64,000 bases of DNA from the NCBI GenBank assembly GCA_000091205.1, contig AP006501.2; one strand, written 5' to 3'. A model generated the notes under the pieces. The model was not told the origin of the DNA. It made no database searches and saw only the letters and a list, made by a program, of their open reading frames with translations. Shown here piece by piece: positions 1-10,706 of the stretch (within the stretch, counting starts at the first letter, position 1; each line of letters opens with the position of its first letter). Both the position numbers and the translations under genes were made by a program. The DNA comes from Cyanidioschyzon merolae. Taxonomy: Eukaryota.

Positions 1-528
1 CAGCAAGATCTGAATTCGCTCATGACATGTACATTTTTTACGCAAAACACCACGAAGAAATCGAATCACGAGGCACAGCAATCGAAAATGAAGCAGGCAA
101 TGACGTTAACCTGATTCAAGTGCATCCGCTGCGCTACATATGTACCAACATCCATACACTGGGCGTACCAACTCGGTGACCAGGCATACGCGACTACGCA
201 GCACTCTGTGCGTCTTATTCCTTCGTTCAGCTACGCGCGCTCATCTGATCGAAAATGATAGGCAGTGTTTGAGGCATTTCGCATGATGCACAGCGTCGGC
301 TTGATGCAGCCGTGGACAGCGCCACCTTTTGAACTTGGCTGTCCGATCCTCGTCGATACTTACTCAGTATCGTCTGCAAAAGACCGCATATGAACGACGT
401 GATCGCAGCGGCTCAAGTAAGACACAAGGGAAACCAGGCCCAGCGCATGGCCCGCGATATGCAGCGATGCTCGTATACGACCGGGTCGAGCACATGCGCC
501 CTGCTCCAAAGTCACATCCCAGCGATTG

Positions 529-1683
529 TCAGGAGGATTTAGGAGGTGGGTCTCGCTTCCCCACTTCCGCTTTCCTCATCTGATCGCGGCTGGCGCGCCG
601 CTGGCCCCCAGCCAAAAGTCGTTGGTACTCCACAGAGTGCGCCCAGCGATCGAGCTCGCGAGCGCGCACCACCGGCAACGGATGCGTCGCGCTGCGCTGC
701 ATCCGTTGTCGAACTTGGCGACCGAGACGAGTTCGACTCACCGAATCCAAGCGAGTAGCCTGTTGCAGAAATGCATCCGGATTCATTTCCGAAGCCCACG
801 TCGCCGAACCACCTGACAGCTTCATGAGCACACTGATAACGAGGCGAGGGTCCTGCATTACAAGCAGCGCGGCACGGTCACAGCTGAGCTCGGCAGCCTG
901 CAGCCAGCTGAAAATACGACGACCCAACATGGTTGCAAGTGATCGACCGAGTTCCCCCAGTTGTCCCAGAGCGAGTAGAAGCAGGTTCGCCGTCGTGATC
1001 CAGATTCCGTGCTCACACTTGAGATGGCCCAGCTCGTGCGCGATGACGGTCTGCAGTTCGGATGCCGTCAGTCCCATATCCAGCAACGCCGAGTGCAGCA
1101 CGATGAACGGACGCTGTCCATTAATAGCGAGGGTGTACGCGTTCGGTATCGGGTTTTGACGAATGTACAGGTCAGGAACGTCGATATGCAGAATCTCACA
1201 AGCCTCGGTGAGCAGAGCATACAACGAGGGTAGCTGCTCGGGGCCAACTAAAACACCTGACGAGATATTTTCTATTTCAAGCACCTGCTCCGCCACGGGG
1301 CCAATAACCCTCCGAATGAGTGCACCTAAACCGGTGATTCGTGTCAAAAAGTCCATTTGGCGCGTTGCAAGCGCATCCAGTGGGTGGCGAAAGTCGGCGG
1401 CCTCGAGACCGACCAACACAGCACGTTGCGAAGCCGCTTCCTGTCGCACTACCGCACAGCATCGTGTTCCGAGACGACTTGCACAGCCCGAATGCGTCAC
1501 GGAGTAGCGTCGGCAGGCTAGTTTCGAAAGCCGCCAAGCTGGTCGACTGCTCGGGATCGGCTGGTACTGAGGTCGAGTGCCCGCGGCAACTGTTCGCAAG
1601 GAGCTGTGGCTGCGGACACCCAGCGACGCGAACGCCAAGTACAGCCTCTGTTCACTACAACCGCACAGTCTGGAGTGAACCAT
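529..1683 (-). CDS. M48-family zinc metallopeptidase (Ste24/HtpX-like), probably organelle-targeted
   Basis: ATG-initiated 384-aa ORF. It has an HExxH site in 'VIAHELGHLKCEH' with the flanking M48 core. The S/R/A-rich N-terminal ~90 aa resembles a transit or presequence. Confidence 0.8.
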   Translation of the reverse strand: MVHSRLCGCSEQRLYLAFASLGVRSHSSLRTVAAGTRPQYQPIPSSRPAWRLSKLACRRYSVTHSGCASRLGTRCCAVVRQEAASQRAVLVGLEAADFRHPLDALATRQMDFLTRITGLGALIRRVIGPVAEQVLEIENISSGVLVGPEQLPSLYALLTEACEILHIDVPDLYIRQNPIPNAYTLAINGQRPFIVLHSALLDMGLTASELQTVIAHELGHLKCEHGIWITTANLLLLALGQLGELGRSLATMLGRRIFSWLQAAELSCDRAALLVMQDPRLVISVLMKLSGGSATWASEMNPDAFLQQATRLDSVSRTRLGRQVRQRMQRSATHPLPVVRARELDRWAHSVEYQRLLAGGQRRASRDQMRKAEVGKRDPPPKSS

Positions 1684-2551
1684 TATCCACGTGTAGCTTT
1701 ACGTGCTATTTCGATACGCTTGACACGAGTTTCAGATAAGATATACGCACAACAGAGCGCGTGTGTTGGAGAATCCACGCGCAGTGGCGAGCGCACGTTT
1801 CACGTTCCCGGGAGCGTTCATGAATCGCTACGCACACAGGCGCCTCCCAGTGTTTTCGAACCTGTCGCTTGTTCGCGCTTTCTGTTCATCCAGGCACAGT
1901 TTGAGCCTGAGAGACTGCCCCACAAAGTTGGATTGCATCAGCTTATTAGGTCCCGTGTCTTCAACATCACATATCGTCTGATATTGATACAGTCTCGGTT
2001 GGTGAACTCCTCGCGTTTGCAGCCTCTGGTTGAACCTAACTTTGCAGGGACTCCTCGAAGTTGTGGCCTCGATGCCGTCCAAGTCTCGTTTGCATCCCGT
2101 TGGGCAAACGCTTTTCATCGTCTGTCTCCCCTCTTCTCCGTCTTGTTCTTCCTATTCGTTAATCGCTCTTCTTTATTCGATGGTCGGTGAGAGAGGATTT
2201 TTTCGGTTTTTTTCCAGCAGCCGGCGATGGCATCCCTGCGGGATCTCCGACTACCACGTCCATGCTTCTCCCCTGGATTCTTTTTCTTCAAATGAGCGCA
2301 CTTCAAATGCATCAGCTACAAACCGCGAACATGCATTCGATGACAAGCACCTGGGTGTGAAACACAACTGAGATGAAAGACCACAAGGAGTATGCTCCTC
2401 ATTTGGCAATAGAGAGCTTGCCTTGGAACGCGAGTTGTCCCCGCAACGCCGTTCGTATTACCTGCCGTGTTGGGCTTACTGTTGAACGAGGCTTTTGTGC
2501 ATTCGTTGCGCAACTCGCGAGTGAGCAAACGCTGTCTAGCTGCCCGCTGCT

Positions 2552-4243
2552 ATGACGCTGGTTTGGAGCTCGCTCACTCGTGCGATCAAGCAAGACCTAT
2601 CTCGGGGGAGAGTCTTGTGCACCAGGTGCGTCTCTGTAGCGGCGGACGAACGCAGCTGTGGAGAGAGCCTCGCGTGCTCTCCGAGGCGGGGTACACTCTG
2701 GACTATGGACAGGTGCCTCCGACGTTGCCGGGAGCGCAATCTTTTGGCCTCTTTTCGTGGGACGAGTGCCGCTGCATTGAAACATTCGCTCTCTCAGCTG
2801 TGGAAAGCGTGCGCACACCAGCGTTACAGCGGTACGCGTGTCGTCAAACGGAGCTGCAGCTGCGGTGTGGACTACCCGGACGAGCGGCCTACCACTGACG
2901 TGCAGCACGCGAGCACCACAGAAACTTTGCAGTTGGCGGAGACAACAAGGCATGGGACTGGCGCATGTGCGGCTCTGGTGCACCAGCGAATACCGCCATA
3001 CGAAGCTAGTTATTCGGCATTGGCGGCCAGGTATGCCGAGCGGGCTCCTACTCTAGGCAGCGACTTGACGCCGGCAACTCGAGTGCTCCAGTTTCGATCA
3101 GCGCGTAAGCATGACCGGCGGTTAGAAACGCGACGTTACCTGGAGCACTTTACCAGGGGCTTTGCAGATGCACGCGTTTCTCCTTCGGTTCTCGTTTTAG
3201 CAGAGCATGCCCGCGGGAATGTCGCGCCTGCAACCTGGGCTGCATTACGAGCAGCCCAGCAGGTATGCGGGGGCACGTTGTCGAGCAACGGCAACGACGC
3301 CAAACAAACTGGACATATTGAGGTTCTCGTCTTCGATCGCGTGGATTCAGATATGGGGGCGGTTCTAAAACAGCTCGCTCAGGTTGACGGTGTATCGCGA
3401 CTCGTTCTCGTTTGTGATGGGCACTGCAGGTATCCCGTTGCCGAGATGCTGGCCCCTGTCATTGCCCGCTGGAGTGCAGAGCAAGGCTATTCGCACGTGT
3501 TCACTGGCGGGAGTACTTTTGGCAAAAATATTCTACCACGCGCAGCAGGTATCCTGGGCATCCAGCCGCTCTCAGATATCATGCAGGTGTGTTCGCCATG
3601 GGAATTCGTGCGTCCGTTGTATGCGGGGAGCATTCTGGCCCGCGTACGCTTGGTACCTCCCTCTGAACCGTCATCTAAGACTGGATGGCGTTGCTGGGCG
3701 ACTATTCGGGGTACCGCTTTCGAGGCCGCGCAACTTCGCCACGATGACGCCTGTCCAACTGAACTCGACATCACAGACAAGGCAAGGCAGTATCTCCAAG
3801 ACGCCGCACCGCCAGCCGTGGAGTGGTTGCAGCAGACGGGCGCTAACGCCGAAAGGCCGCGCTTGGAAAGCGCCCACATCGTTGTTACCGGTGGCCGTGG
3901 CCTCCGCGACGCCGAGCACTTTCAAGCCTTTGTGATGGAGCTTGCAGACCGTCTGGGGGCAGCCGTTGGCGCCACGCGGGCGGCTGTTGATGCCGGCATG
4001 TGTGCCAATGAACTTCAGGTCGGGCAGACAGGCAAGGTTGTTGCACCAGAGCTCTACATCGCCGTGGGCGTGAGTGGTGCCGTCCAGCACCTTGCGGGCA
4101 TGAAAGACAGCAAGGTCATCATCGCCATCAATAATGACCCAGAGGCCCCGATTTTCCAAGCAGCCGACTACGGCCTCGTCGGTGACCTGTTTGAGATCAT
4201 GCCCGCTCTTTTAGAGAAATTATCTAACTCGCATAAAAAATAG
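2552..4243 (+). CDS. ETFA: Electron transfer flavoprotein alpha subunit with a long N-terminal extension
   Basis: The C-terminal FAD domain matches ETF-alpha closely ('VVTGGRGL', '[63 protein letters not shown]'). The N-terminal ETF domain begins near '[12 protein letters not shown]' at about aa 213. The only in-frame ATGs upstream of the domain are at 2552 and 2705. Confidence 0.85.
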   Translation: MTLVWSSLTRAIKQDLSRGRVLCTRCVSVAADERSCGESLACSPRRGTLWTMDRCLRRCRERNLLASFRGTSAAALKHSLSQLWKACAHQRYSGTRVVKRSCSCGVDYPDERPTTDVQHASTTETLQLAETTRHGTGACAALVHQRIPPYEASYSALAARYAERAPTLGSDLTPATRVLQFRSARKHDRRLETRRYLEHFTRGFADARVSPSVLVLAEHARGNVAPATWAALRAAQQVCGGTLSSNGNDAKQTGHIEVLVFDRVDSDMGAVLKQLAQVDGVSRLVLVCDGHCRYPVAEMLAPVIARWSAEQGYSHVFTGGSTFGKNILPRAAGILGIQPLSDIMQVCSPWEFVRPLYAGSILARVRLVPPSEPSSKTGWRCWATIRGTAFEAAQLRHDDACPTELDITDKARQYLQDAAPPAVEWLQQTGANAERPRLESAHIVVTGGRGLRDAEHFQAFVMELADRLGAAVGATRAAVDAGMCANELQVGQTGKVVAPELYIAVGVSGAVQHLAGMKDSKVIIAINNDPEAPIFQAADYGLVGDLFEIMPALLEKLSNSHKK

Positions 4244-5109
4244 GCAGAGCGCCTCTTGTAAATGTCGTGTTTACCTGCTGCGGTGCCGCGCTGCACACCG
4301 AGCATCCAGGGCGTTTGTTCCGCGAGGCTGCTGCATGGCCCGCGTGTTCCAGGGGCCTGCGTGGGCCGTTTCGACGCCCCGGAGGCACCAGTCCATGCGG
4401 ACTGCTCGCCAAGGCCGTCATGAACGACCTACCAGCGACAAAGGTTTCGTGCGCTCGGCACCGATGTCAAAAACGGTGCCGCAAAAACTCGCTCCTCAGA
4501 TACTAGTTTAACGTCTCGCTTCTCGCCTATTTCAGAGAAGCGAGCCTCGGCGCTGTTGCACGCTGCACAACGAACGAGTATGAAAAGTGCAGCAGATCGT
4601 ACCTGTGATCTATCGAATATCATATTCAGCGCAAAACGACGCTGCTCAATCACGCCAAACTTTTGCGTTAGCGGTGCTGCACGACATATGCACGTTTGCA
4701 GCACGACGTGACGCGGAGTCGAAATACGCAACGAATTTACGGCTGCTGTCCCTGATTCATAGCAATAAATGCATACTGACAGTACAGTTCGTGTCGCAGT
4801 CACCAAGCGAAAGTCGCATTCGTCAGCGTTCGATCAGATCACGCAGGGAGCGCCTCTCTACCAAGCGCAAGTGACCCAACCTGCCCGCTCACTTGCAAAG
4901 AACAAAGGCTATGAACCTTGAACTCTGTCTCCAAGTTGTCTCTTATCAGGCTTTTTGTGCTTGTAAGGAACGCAACGCTACGCCCAGCCTTGCCTGTGCA
5001 GTCTTTGGTGCAGGCGCACCTGCGGAAACCTCCCCAGTAGCGTAAACTGGTCGTAGCGTTCAATACACGTCGACGTATCGGGATGCCCGACAAAGAGACA
5101 CACGCTACT

Positions 5110-5420
5110 GCGCAAACGTTTTGTGAAACTTGTTTTCAAGCGTACACAAACGTTTCTTTCTAGAGCACGTGTTCAGGTGAACAGATTCGCTTTGGTATTA
5201 AAACCGTTCTTTATAGAGCACGTGTTCAGGTGCTCACACAGGTGTCGGCAGGAACAATTCTCAAAGTGCGCAAGCAGGTTTCTCTGTGAAGCACGTGTCC
5301 AGGTGCACAGACGAGTTTCGGTACAAAGTGCGCACTTGCGTTTCTCTTCATATAAGACGTCTTCAGGTGAATAGACACGTTCTGGTATACACACACGTTT
5401 CGGTGTGCGCAAGTTTGTGT
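5110..5420. repeat. Degenerate 53-73 bp tandem array carrying G-box/E-box cores, directly upstream of the 5474 CDS
   Basis: Four spaced copies of 'AGAGCACGTGTTCAGGTG' or variants lie at 5162-5179, 5215-5232, 5288-5305 and 5354-5369. Each sits in a unit that starts with 'GTTTCT(C/T)T'. Confidence 0.6.
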
Positions 5421-5473
5421 TGGAACTTTGTGCATCAAGTGGACGCTCTATTGCCGCAAAAAACATCAAACTT

Positions 5474-6241
5474 ATGACGCAGCCACCTTCTGCCAGTGCG
5501 GGTGAGGCTGATGCCTTTCAGTCGCTTGTTCAGGAAGAGCTCGGAGAGAATGCGTTCTCCACAAGCACGCCGGTGAACGATGGCACCGGGGGCGGCGACG
5601 TTTTTCTGCCAAACGAAGGCGTCGAAAGTGACGCAATCACCACGCTTCCGGTTTCTACGGCAGGCACGGTGCGTACACCTTTTGATCAAGACGAAAAAGA
5701 GTTCCCTGTTGGAAGATCATCTGTCGATGGGAAGCTATGGAAGGGCGCTGGAGGTTCGACGTTTGCGATCGAGGGCGACTCAACCAGTGGACGCGACGCT
5801 GTACAGGAGGCATCTCGGGCGCGGGCACAGCGCATCCGCGAACGCGATGAAACTGAACGAGAAGTCCGTCAAAAGTCTCGCGAAGCAGCCGTGCAAGTGT
5901 GGGAAAAGATGCACCAGGCCTGGGAGAAAACATGCCAGGAGAAACGTGTCGAGACGAAGAAACGGCAAGACAAGCTTAGTGAAGAGCGTGATGCGCTTTA
6001 TCAGGCCATGCTTGAGAATGGTGACAACAATAAGCCAGCATGGCACCTCGTTCGGGCACTGATAGAGTCTAACAGTTCGGGATTGGGAGCGGGCCGATCA
6101 CTCGGGACACCTGGCGGCATGTCTGGACCCGGTGCTGCCAGTGCTGTTTCCGAGGAAGATGGCAGTTACCGTAGCCTCCGTACTCGCATGAAGGATGTAA
6201 TCTATAGCTCCGCCAGCGAAGCGAGCCCGAAGAGTCGTTGA
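5474..6241 (+). CDS. Clathrin light chain-like protein
   Basis: The ORF-track start at 5405 is GTG and the first ATG is at 5474. The N-terminal 'GEADAFQSLVQEELGE' resembles the CLC consensus 'EEDPAAAFLAQQESE'. A central charged heptad region ('RIRERDETEREVRQKSREAAVQVWEKMHQAWEK') follows. The C-terminal 'KPAWHLVRALIES...LRTRMKDVIYS' resembles CLC 'TEWERVARLCDF...VSRMRSVLISL'. Confidence 0.5.
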   Translation: MTQPPSASAGEADAFQSLVQEELGENAFSTSTPVNDGTGGGDVFLPNEGVESDAITTLPVSTAGTVRTPFDQDEKEFPVGRSSVDGKLWKGAGGSTFAIEGDSTSGRDAVQEASRARAQRIRERDETEREVRQKSREAAVQVWEKMHQAWEKTCQEKRVETKKRQDKLSEERDALYQAMLENGDNNKPAWHLVRALIESNSSGLGAGRSLGTPGGMSGPGAASAVSEEDGSYRSLRTRMKDVIYSSASEASPKSR

Positions 6242-6981
6242 TCTTACCATCGTATGTACGGTTACCGGCTGCCGCGGAAAGGTTCTCGCATAATACATGA
6301 TGGAGAGCGAGGAGAAACTCTGCGTCTGGTGTCGGTGTCGGTGTCGGTGTCGTCTGCGGCTGGAAGAGCACAACGTGCGTGGTCTTGTGTCGGGAGCAAA
6401 CGTCGGCGGACTAGCGTGTTCAAGGAACCTTTGGAATAAGGAGGCACGAGAGACGAAGCAGGTGCATTCCAAGGAATACTTCATTCTTTAGCACAGGCAA
6501 CGTATACGAGCTTGTTCTCAGATGGCACCTAGGCGGTGTCGTAAGCGTCAAACACGATCCTCCTGACAGCGACGATGCCAGTACTGTCTCTTGCAGAGCA
6601 CCTCTGACTTTGCAAGCACGTGGATTCTCTCGATAGCTCGTCCACGATCGCGACGCCTGTATATCTCTTCTCTGGGAACAGCCAGGTCAGGTCTGCTTGA
6701 GGCCGCTCTAGGACACCCCATTCTCGCAATGGCGGAGATTTCGTCACGAGTCCTGTACAACATTGCGCCATCGCTATACCGTCGACTAGTGCTATCGTAT
6801 GGGCCTCGTATCGTTAGCGAGCACTCCATCCGAACAGCCGCATGACAAGTGAAGCGACCGATCGAAAGCAGCCTTGCATGGAGCTACGAATCAGAGAAAC
6901 CCCGAGGAACACGTATACTTCCCGAAGATAACAGCACACGCCAGTTTGCCTGGTATCCTCCTTGCATGCGAAACACACGAC

Positions 6982-8463
6982 TCAGCACACACGAGATGAT
7001 GGTGCACTGCTTTTGGAAGGGCAAAGAACACAAGCAATGCGCTCGAATGCAACTTGTAGCGTTTGCGTATCCTCAACTGCCGAGAAGCAACATCTATACC
7101 ACCCGGGTTCAGGAGCATGGCAAACACGACCCGGATAGATCAACACTCGCGCTTCTCGAAAGAGTCGCTCAGCAAGTTCCAACTCCGCTTCCCAGGTCGC
7201 CTCGCGAAGAAATCTCTGCAAGCCAATCCATACGAAGAATCCAGCCTGGCTGGGATAGATGCGCACCTGCTCTGCCCCAAGACTGGTTTGAATCGCTTGA
7301 ACAGCCACCTGATACGCTTCCTCTAGTCGTCGTTGGTTTGCGACGAAAAACTTGTGCAACCATTGCTCGTCACTCAGCATTCGGCAAAGCACTGCCTGCG
7401 TATCCCGACTGGGCGACGAAAACAAACACGGTGCTCGAATCGCCTGCAACAGAGCCTGGTTCTCCGTAAAGAGAACCCCACATCGCATGCCACTCATACA
7501 GAGGTCCTTACTAAACGTCCATACGACATGCACATCGTTGCCGAGACCCTGGACGGCCAAAACGTCCGCTACGGAACGAAAACGCCCCGCATGGCTCTGG
7601 AAGACCGAGAGCGCGTACGCCTCGTCGCTCACCAGGTGCATGCCATGGGATCGACACCATTGAATGGAAAGCTCTAGTTCTTCTGTCGATAGAATATTGC
7701 CCGTTGGATTCCCGGGACTGTGCAGGAGCAACACTCGCGGTCGTTGCCCGCTCGCTCTACAGGTCCGGTCCGCAGTTTCAAGCGCATCCCTTGTCAGACG
7801 GTGGTGGTTATGGAGCGCTGTTTGTACAGGTACGGGTATGCACTTTGCACGGCAGCTCAGGTCAAAGTCAAATCCCGGATAATACGGTGCCGGAATCAAC
7901 ACGGCATCACCATCGTCACACAGGGCACTGAATACCAGGTCAAGTACAGCGCTTGCACCAACGGCACACAGGTAGTTATCGGGGTTGGCTGCACTTGCTG
8001 GGCCGCCTTTCGAAGCTGCAAATATATGCTCTCGAAAGAGTTGGCTAAGTGCCTTGCGAAAGCGTAACTCGCCGAACATGTAGTCGTACTGAAGGCACTC
8101 GTTGCGCGGCAATACGTCGCTGCGTTCCCGCTGAAACTGGGCTAAGACGGGTCCCGCACTGAGCGCGTTCTCGGCCACCAGCAGTGAGATATAACCATTA
8201 GGTTTTAATTGTGGATCGTATGCGTCCTGTTTCGCTGTAAAGGACCACTCAATCTGGCGTGGCGGTGCACGACTCGCAAGCGCCCTCCCCCGGTCTGAAA
8301 GCGTCTCTGCTGCGCTTTTCAGCACGCTACTCGTCTCTGGTTGTTGCATGCAGACACGTATACTTCGCTGTTGCTGCTGGGACGTAGCTGAACAGAGCAG
8401 CCGATCCCGACACTGAGCGCGAACGAACAAAGCTTCTCGGTAAACACCAGACTGGAGGAACAT
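6982..8463 (-). CDS. Class I/II PLP-dependent aminotransferase, ACC-synthase-like
   Basis: ATG-initiated 493-aa ORF. The PLP-lysine motif 'TFSKDLCMSGMRCGVL' matches ACC-synthase-type 'SLSKDxGxPGFRxG'. Other family blocks are 'NGYISLLVAENALS' and 'LLHSPGNPTGN'. Confidence 0.8.
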   Translation of the reverse strand: MFLQSGVYREALFVRAQCRDRLLCSATSQQQQRSIRVCMQQPETSSVLKSAAETLSDRGRALASRAPPRQIEWSFTAKQDAYDPQLKPNGYISLLVAENALSAGPVLAQFQRERSDVLPRNECLQYDYMFGELRFRKALSQLFREHIFAASKGGPASAANPDNYLCAVGASAVLDLVFSALCDDGDAVLIPAPYYPGFDFDLSCRAKCIPVPVQTALHNHHRLTRDALETADRTCRASGQRPRVLLLHSPGNPTGNILSTEELELSIQWCRSHGMHLVSDEAYALSVFQSHAGRFRSVADVLAVQGLGNDVHVVWTFSKDLCMSGMRCGVLFTENQALLQAIRAPCLFSSPSRDTQAVLCRMLSDEQWLHKFFVANQRRLEEAYQVAVQAIQTSLGAEQVRIYPSQAGFFVWIGLQRFLREATWEAELELAERLFREARVLIYPGRVCHAPEPGWYRCCFSAVEDTQTLQVAFERIACVLCPSKSSAPSSRVC

Positions 8464-8562
8464 CCAGACTCGGCATCTCGAAGCGGTGGATCACTGCGGC
8501 CGACACTACGGCATTCTCCCGAGACGCTTCCATTGCGGTATCGAGTACGCTGATGAAGCGGG

Positions 8563-9256
8563 GAACTTGGCGACTGAGACAAAGTCTTCAACGTAGAAGC
8601 CTCATGGTGCAAGGATCGGGTGTATAAAGGTACGAGATACTGCGAACTTGGCGACTGAGGCACAGTCTTCAACGTAGAAGCCTCATGGTGCAAGGATCGG
8701 GTGTATAGAGGTACGAGATACTGCGAACTTGGCGACTGAGGCACAGTCTTCAACGTAGAAGCCTCATGGTGCAAGGGTCGGGTGTATAGAGGTACGAGAT
8801 ACTGCGAACTTGGCGACTGAGGCACAGTCTTCAACGAAGAAGCCTCATGGTGCAAGGATCGGGTGTATAAAGGTACGAGATACTGCGAACTTGGCGACTG
8901 AGGCACAGTCTTCAACGAAGAAGCCTCATGGTGCAAGGATCGGGTGTATAAAGGTACGAGATACTGCGAACTTGGTGACTGAGACACAGTCTTCAACGAA
9001 GAAGCCTCATGGTGCAAGGATCGGGTGTATAAAGGTACGAGATACTGCGAACTTGGCGACTGAGACAAAGTCTTCAACGTAGAAGCCTCATGGTGCAAGG
9101 ATCGGGTGTATAGAGGTACGAGATACTGCGAACTTGGCGACTGAGGCACAGTCTTCAACGAAGAAGCCTCATGGTGCAAGGATCGGGTGTATAAAGGTAC
9201 GAGATACTGCGAACTTGGCGACTGAGACAAAGTCTTCAACGTAGAAGCCTCATGGT
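8563..9256. repeat. 81-bp minisatellite, 8 full units plus a 40-bp partial unit
   Basis: Units start at 8569, 8650, 8731, 8812, 8893, 8974, 9055, 9136 and 9217. The consensus is 'GGCGACTGAG(G/A)CA(C/A)AGTCTTCAACG(T/A)AGAAGCCTCATGGTGCAAGG(A/G)TCGGGTGTATA(A/G)AGGTACGAGATACTGCGAACTT'. The array lies between the 5' end of the aminotransferase gene and the 3' end of the permease gene. Confidence 0.95.
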
Positions 9257-9602
9257 ATATGCATGATATCTAAATCCAACGATACATAAACTAGACCCGC
9301 GCACGCAAACTGCTTGTACGTGACTGTTGCCCCCGGAGAGCAACTGCATACCCTGCCGAGTCCTCGTTGACTTGAAGCAGCGAAAGCGACTGCTTTCGCT
9401 ACTTCCATACCACATCGCTACAGCGCTATCCGCTCGTGAACGCTTTCCGTATGCACCACCGCTCTTGCTCGGGTTGTTCCCGGTACTGCTTCACCTAGAG
9501 CAGGTCCAGTGCACGCACGTGTTTGTTGCCGCAAACTTGTTTACGTTCTTGTTGGTTCTCATGTTCCACATCATGGGTTTTCTTCTGGGCTACCACTTTC
9601 GT

Positions 9603-10430
9603 TCAACTAGCACCAGATGTGTACGTTTCGCGCACAAGCCTCCAGGAGTTATGATCGAAAAACTTGCCGTACGTCAACAAAGCCAGTAAGGATGCAGAAA
9701 GCGTACTACCTGCTGTGATCATATAATACACAACGATTTGATAACGCGCTGCTGTGTCCGTGGAACCGTTACCGACAATCTGCCCCGTCATCATGCCTGG
9801 TAAAGAGACAAGGCCTACCGTCAGCATCGAGTTCACGACCGGAATCAGTGCCGAGCGCAAGGAGGCTCGAAGTGCCGGTGCGATCGCTTGTTTTGGACTG
9901 GCACCTATGCTGAGGAGTTCCTCGATCTCTTTCTCGTGCGAGGATACCTCGGACTGGAGTCGTTCGCCCAACAACGCTACTGTGTTCATGGCGTTCCCGA
10001 GAATCATACCGGAGAGCGGGATAAAGTAACGCGGCATCCAGAAAGGTTTCACTCCGATGACGGTCCAAGTTGTTTGCACGATCACGAAACCTGCACCACT
10101 GAGAAGCGAGACTAGCACGGCGACGAACATACCCGGTATTGGTCGGTGCATGCGCTGTGAAGCTGTCCAGGCAGCAACCAAAGTCATGATGCTTACTGCC
10201 AAGAACACAAGCAATGGTAGGTTTGCAGCGAAAATCCAGCGCAAGACGAGCCCTACGAGCAACAACTGGACTGCGGCACGAAGGGACGCCCAAACCATAT
10301 CCAGTTCGATGCCAATCTCAAACAGCCATATCGCCATAACTGACAGTAGCATGAAACCGTAAGCGACAGCAAGTTGACCAAGACTGACAGGCAGGGCGCC
10401 GGCCGTGTCGGCACTGCTCGTGGACTCCAT
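9603..10430 (-). CDS. fetB: FetB/YbbM (UPF0014; plant ALS3/STAR2-like) ABC-type permease
   Basis: The track start at 10454 is GTG and the first ATG is at 10430. The protein is polytopic, with the family block 'YFIPLSGMILGNAMNTVAL' and overall YbbM-like topology. Confidence 0.75.
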   Translation of the reverse strand: MESTSSADTAGALPVSLGQLAVAYGFMLLSVMAIWLFEIGIELDMVWASLRAAVQLLLVGLVLRWIFAANLPLLVFLAVSIMTLVAAWTASQRMHRPIPGMFVAVLVSLLSGAGFVIVQTTWTVIGVKPFWMPRYFIPLSGMILGNAMNTVALLGERLQSEVSSHEKEIEELLSIGASPKQAIAPALRASLRSALIPVVNSMLTVGLVSLPGMMTGQIVGNGSTDTAARYQIVVYYMITAGSTLSASLLALLTYGKFFDHNSWRLVRETYTSGAS

Positions 10431-10706
10431 GAATGGGCGACGGATGCAAAACACGAACGCTTCCGACCCCAGGTCTGAACAACGAAGTGAATGTCCAGGT
10501 CAGAGCGCGTTGACTGCCGCACGCCGTCGAACAAGGCAAGAATCCTCGACCAGGTACAAGTGCAGTCGTGCAGGCTCTCGTACGGCTTCTCAAGGCCCAG
10601 CAGCAGGAGCGCGCTGAGCTCTGGTGCTGTGCTCGTTCGTGCCGTGCGGCCTGCCTTCTCACCAAGACACCTTCGACTGTGAATGCTCGCTTCCCGATCT
10701 GCGGCT

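Noticed and set aside
3384-3935. 183-aa plus-strand alternative-frame ORF within the ETF-alpha gene
   Set aside because: It is out of frame with a domain-verified CDS and has arbitrary composition.
8319-9239. 306-codon minus-strand ORF through the 81-bp repeat, read as a repeat-protein gene
   Set aside because: It starts at TTG and contains no ATG or Met codon anywhere. It is open only because the 81-bp unit lacks stops in that frame. A plus-strand frame is also open, and the ORF overlaps the aminotransferase start out of frame.
8563-9256. The tandem array read as a CRISPR array
   Set aside because: The units are contiguous with no unique spacers, the period is 81 bp, and the surrounding genes are eukaryotic. 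It is a minisatellite.
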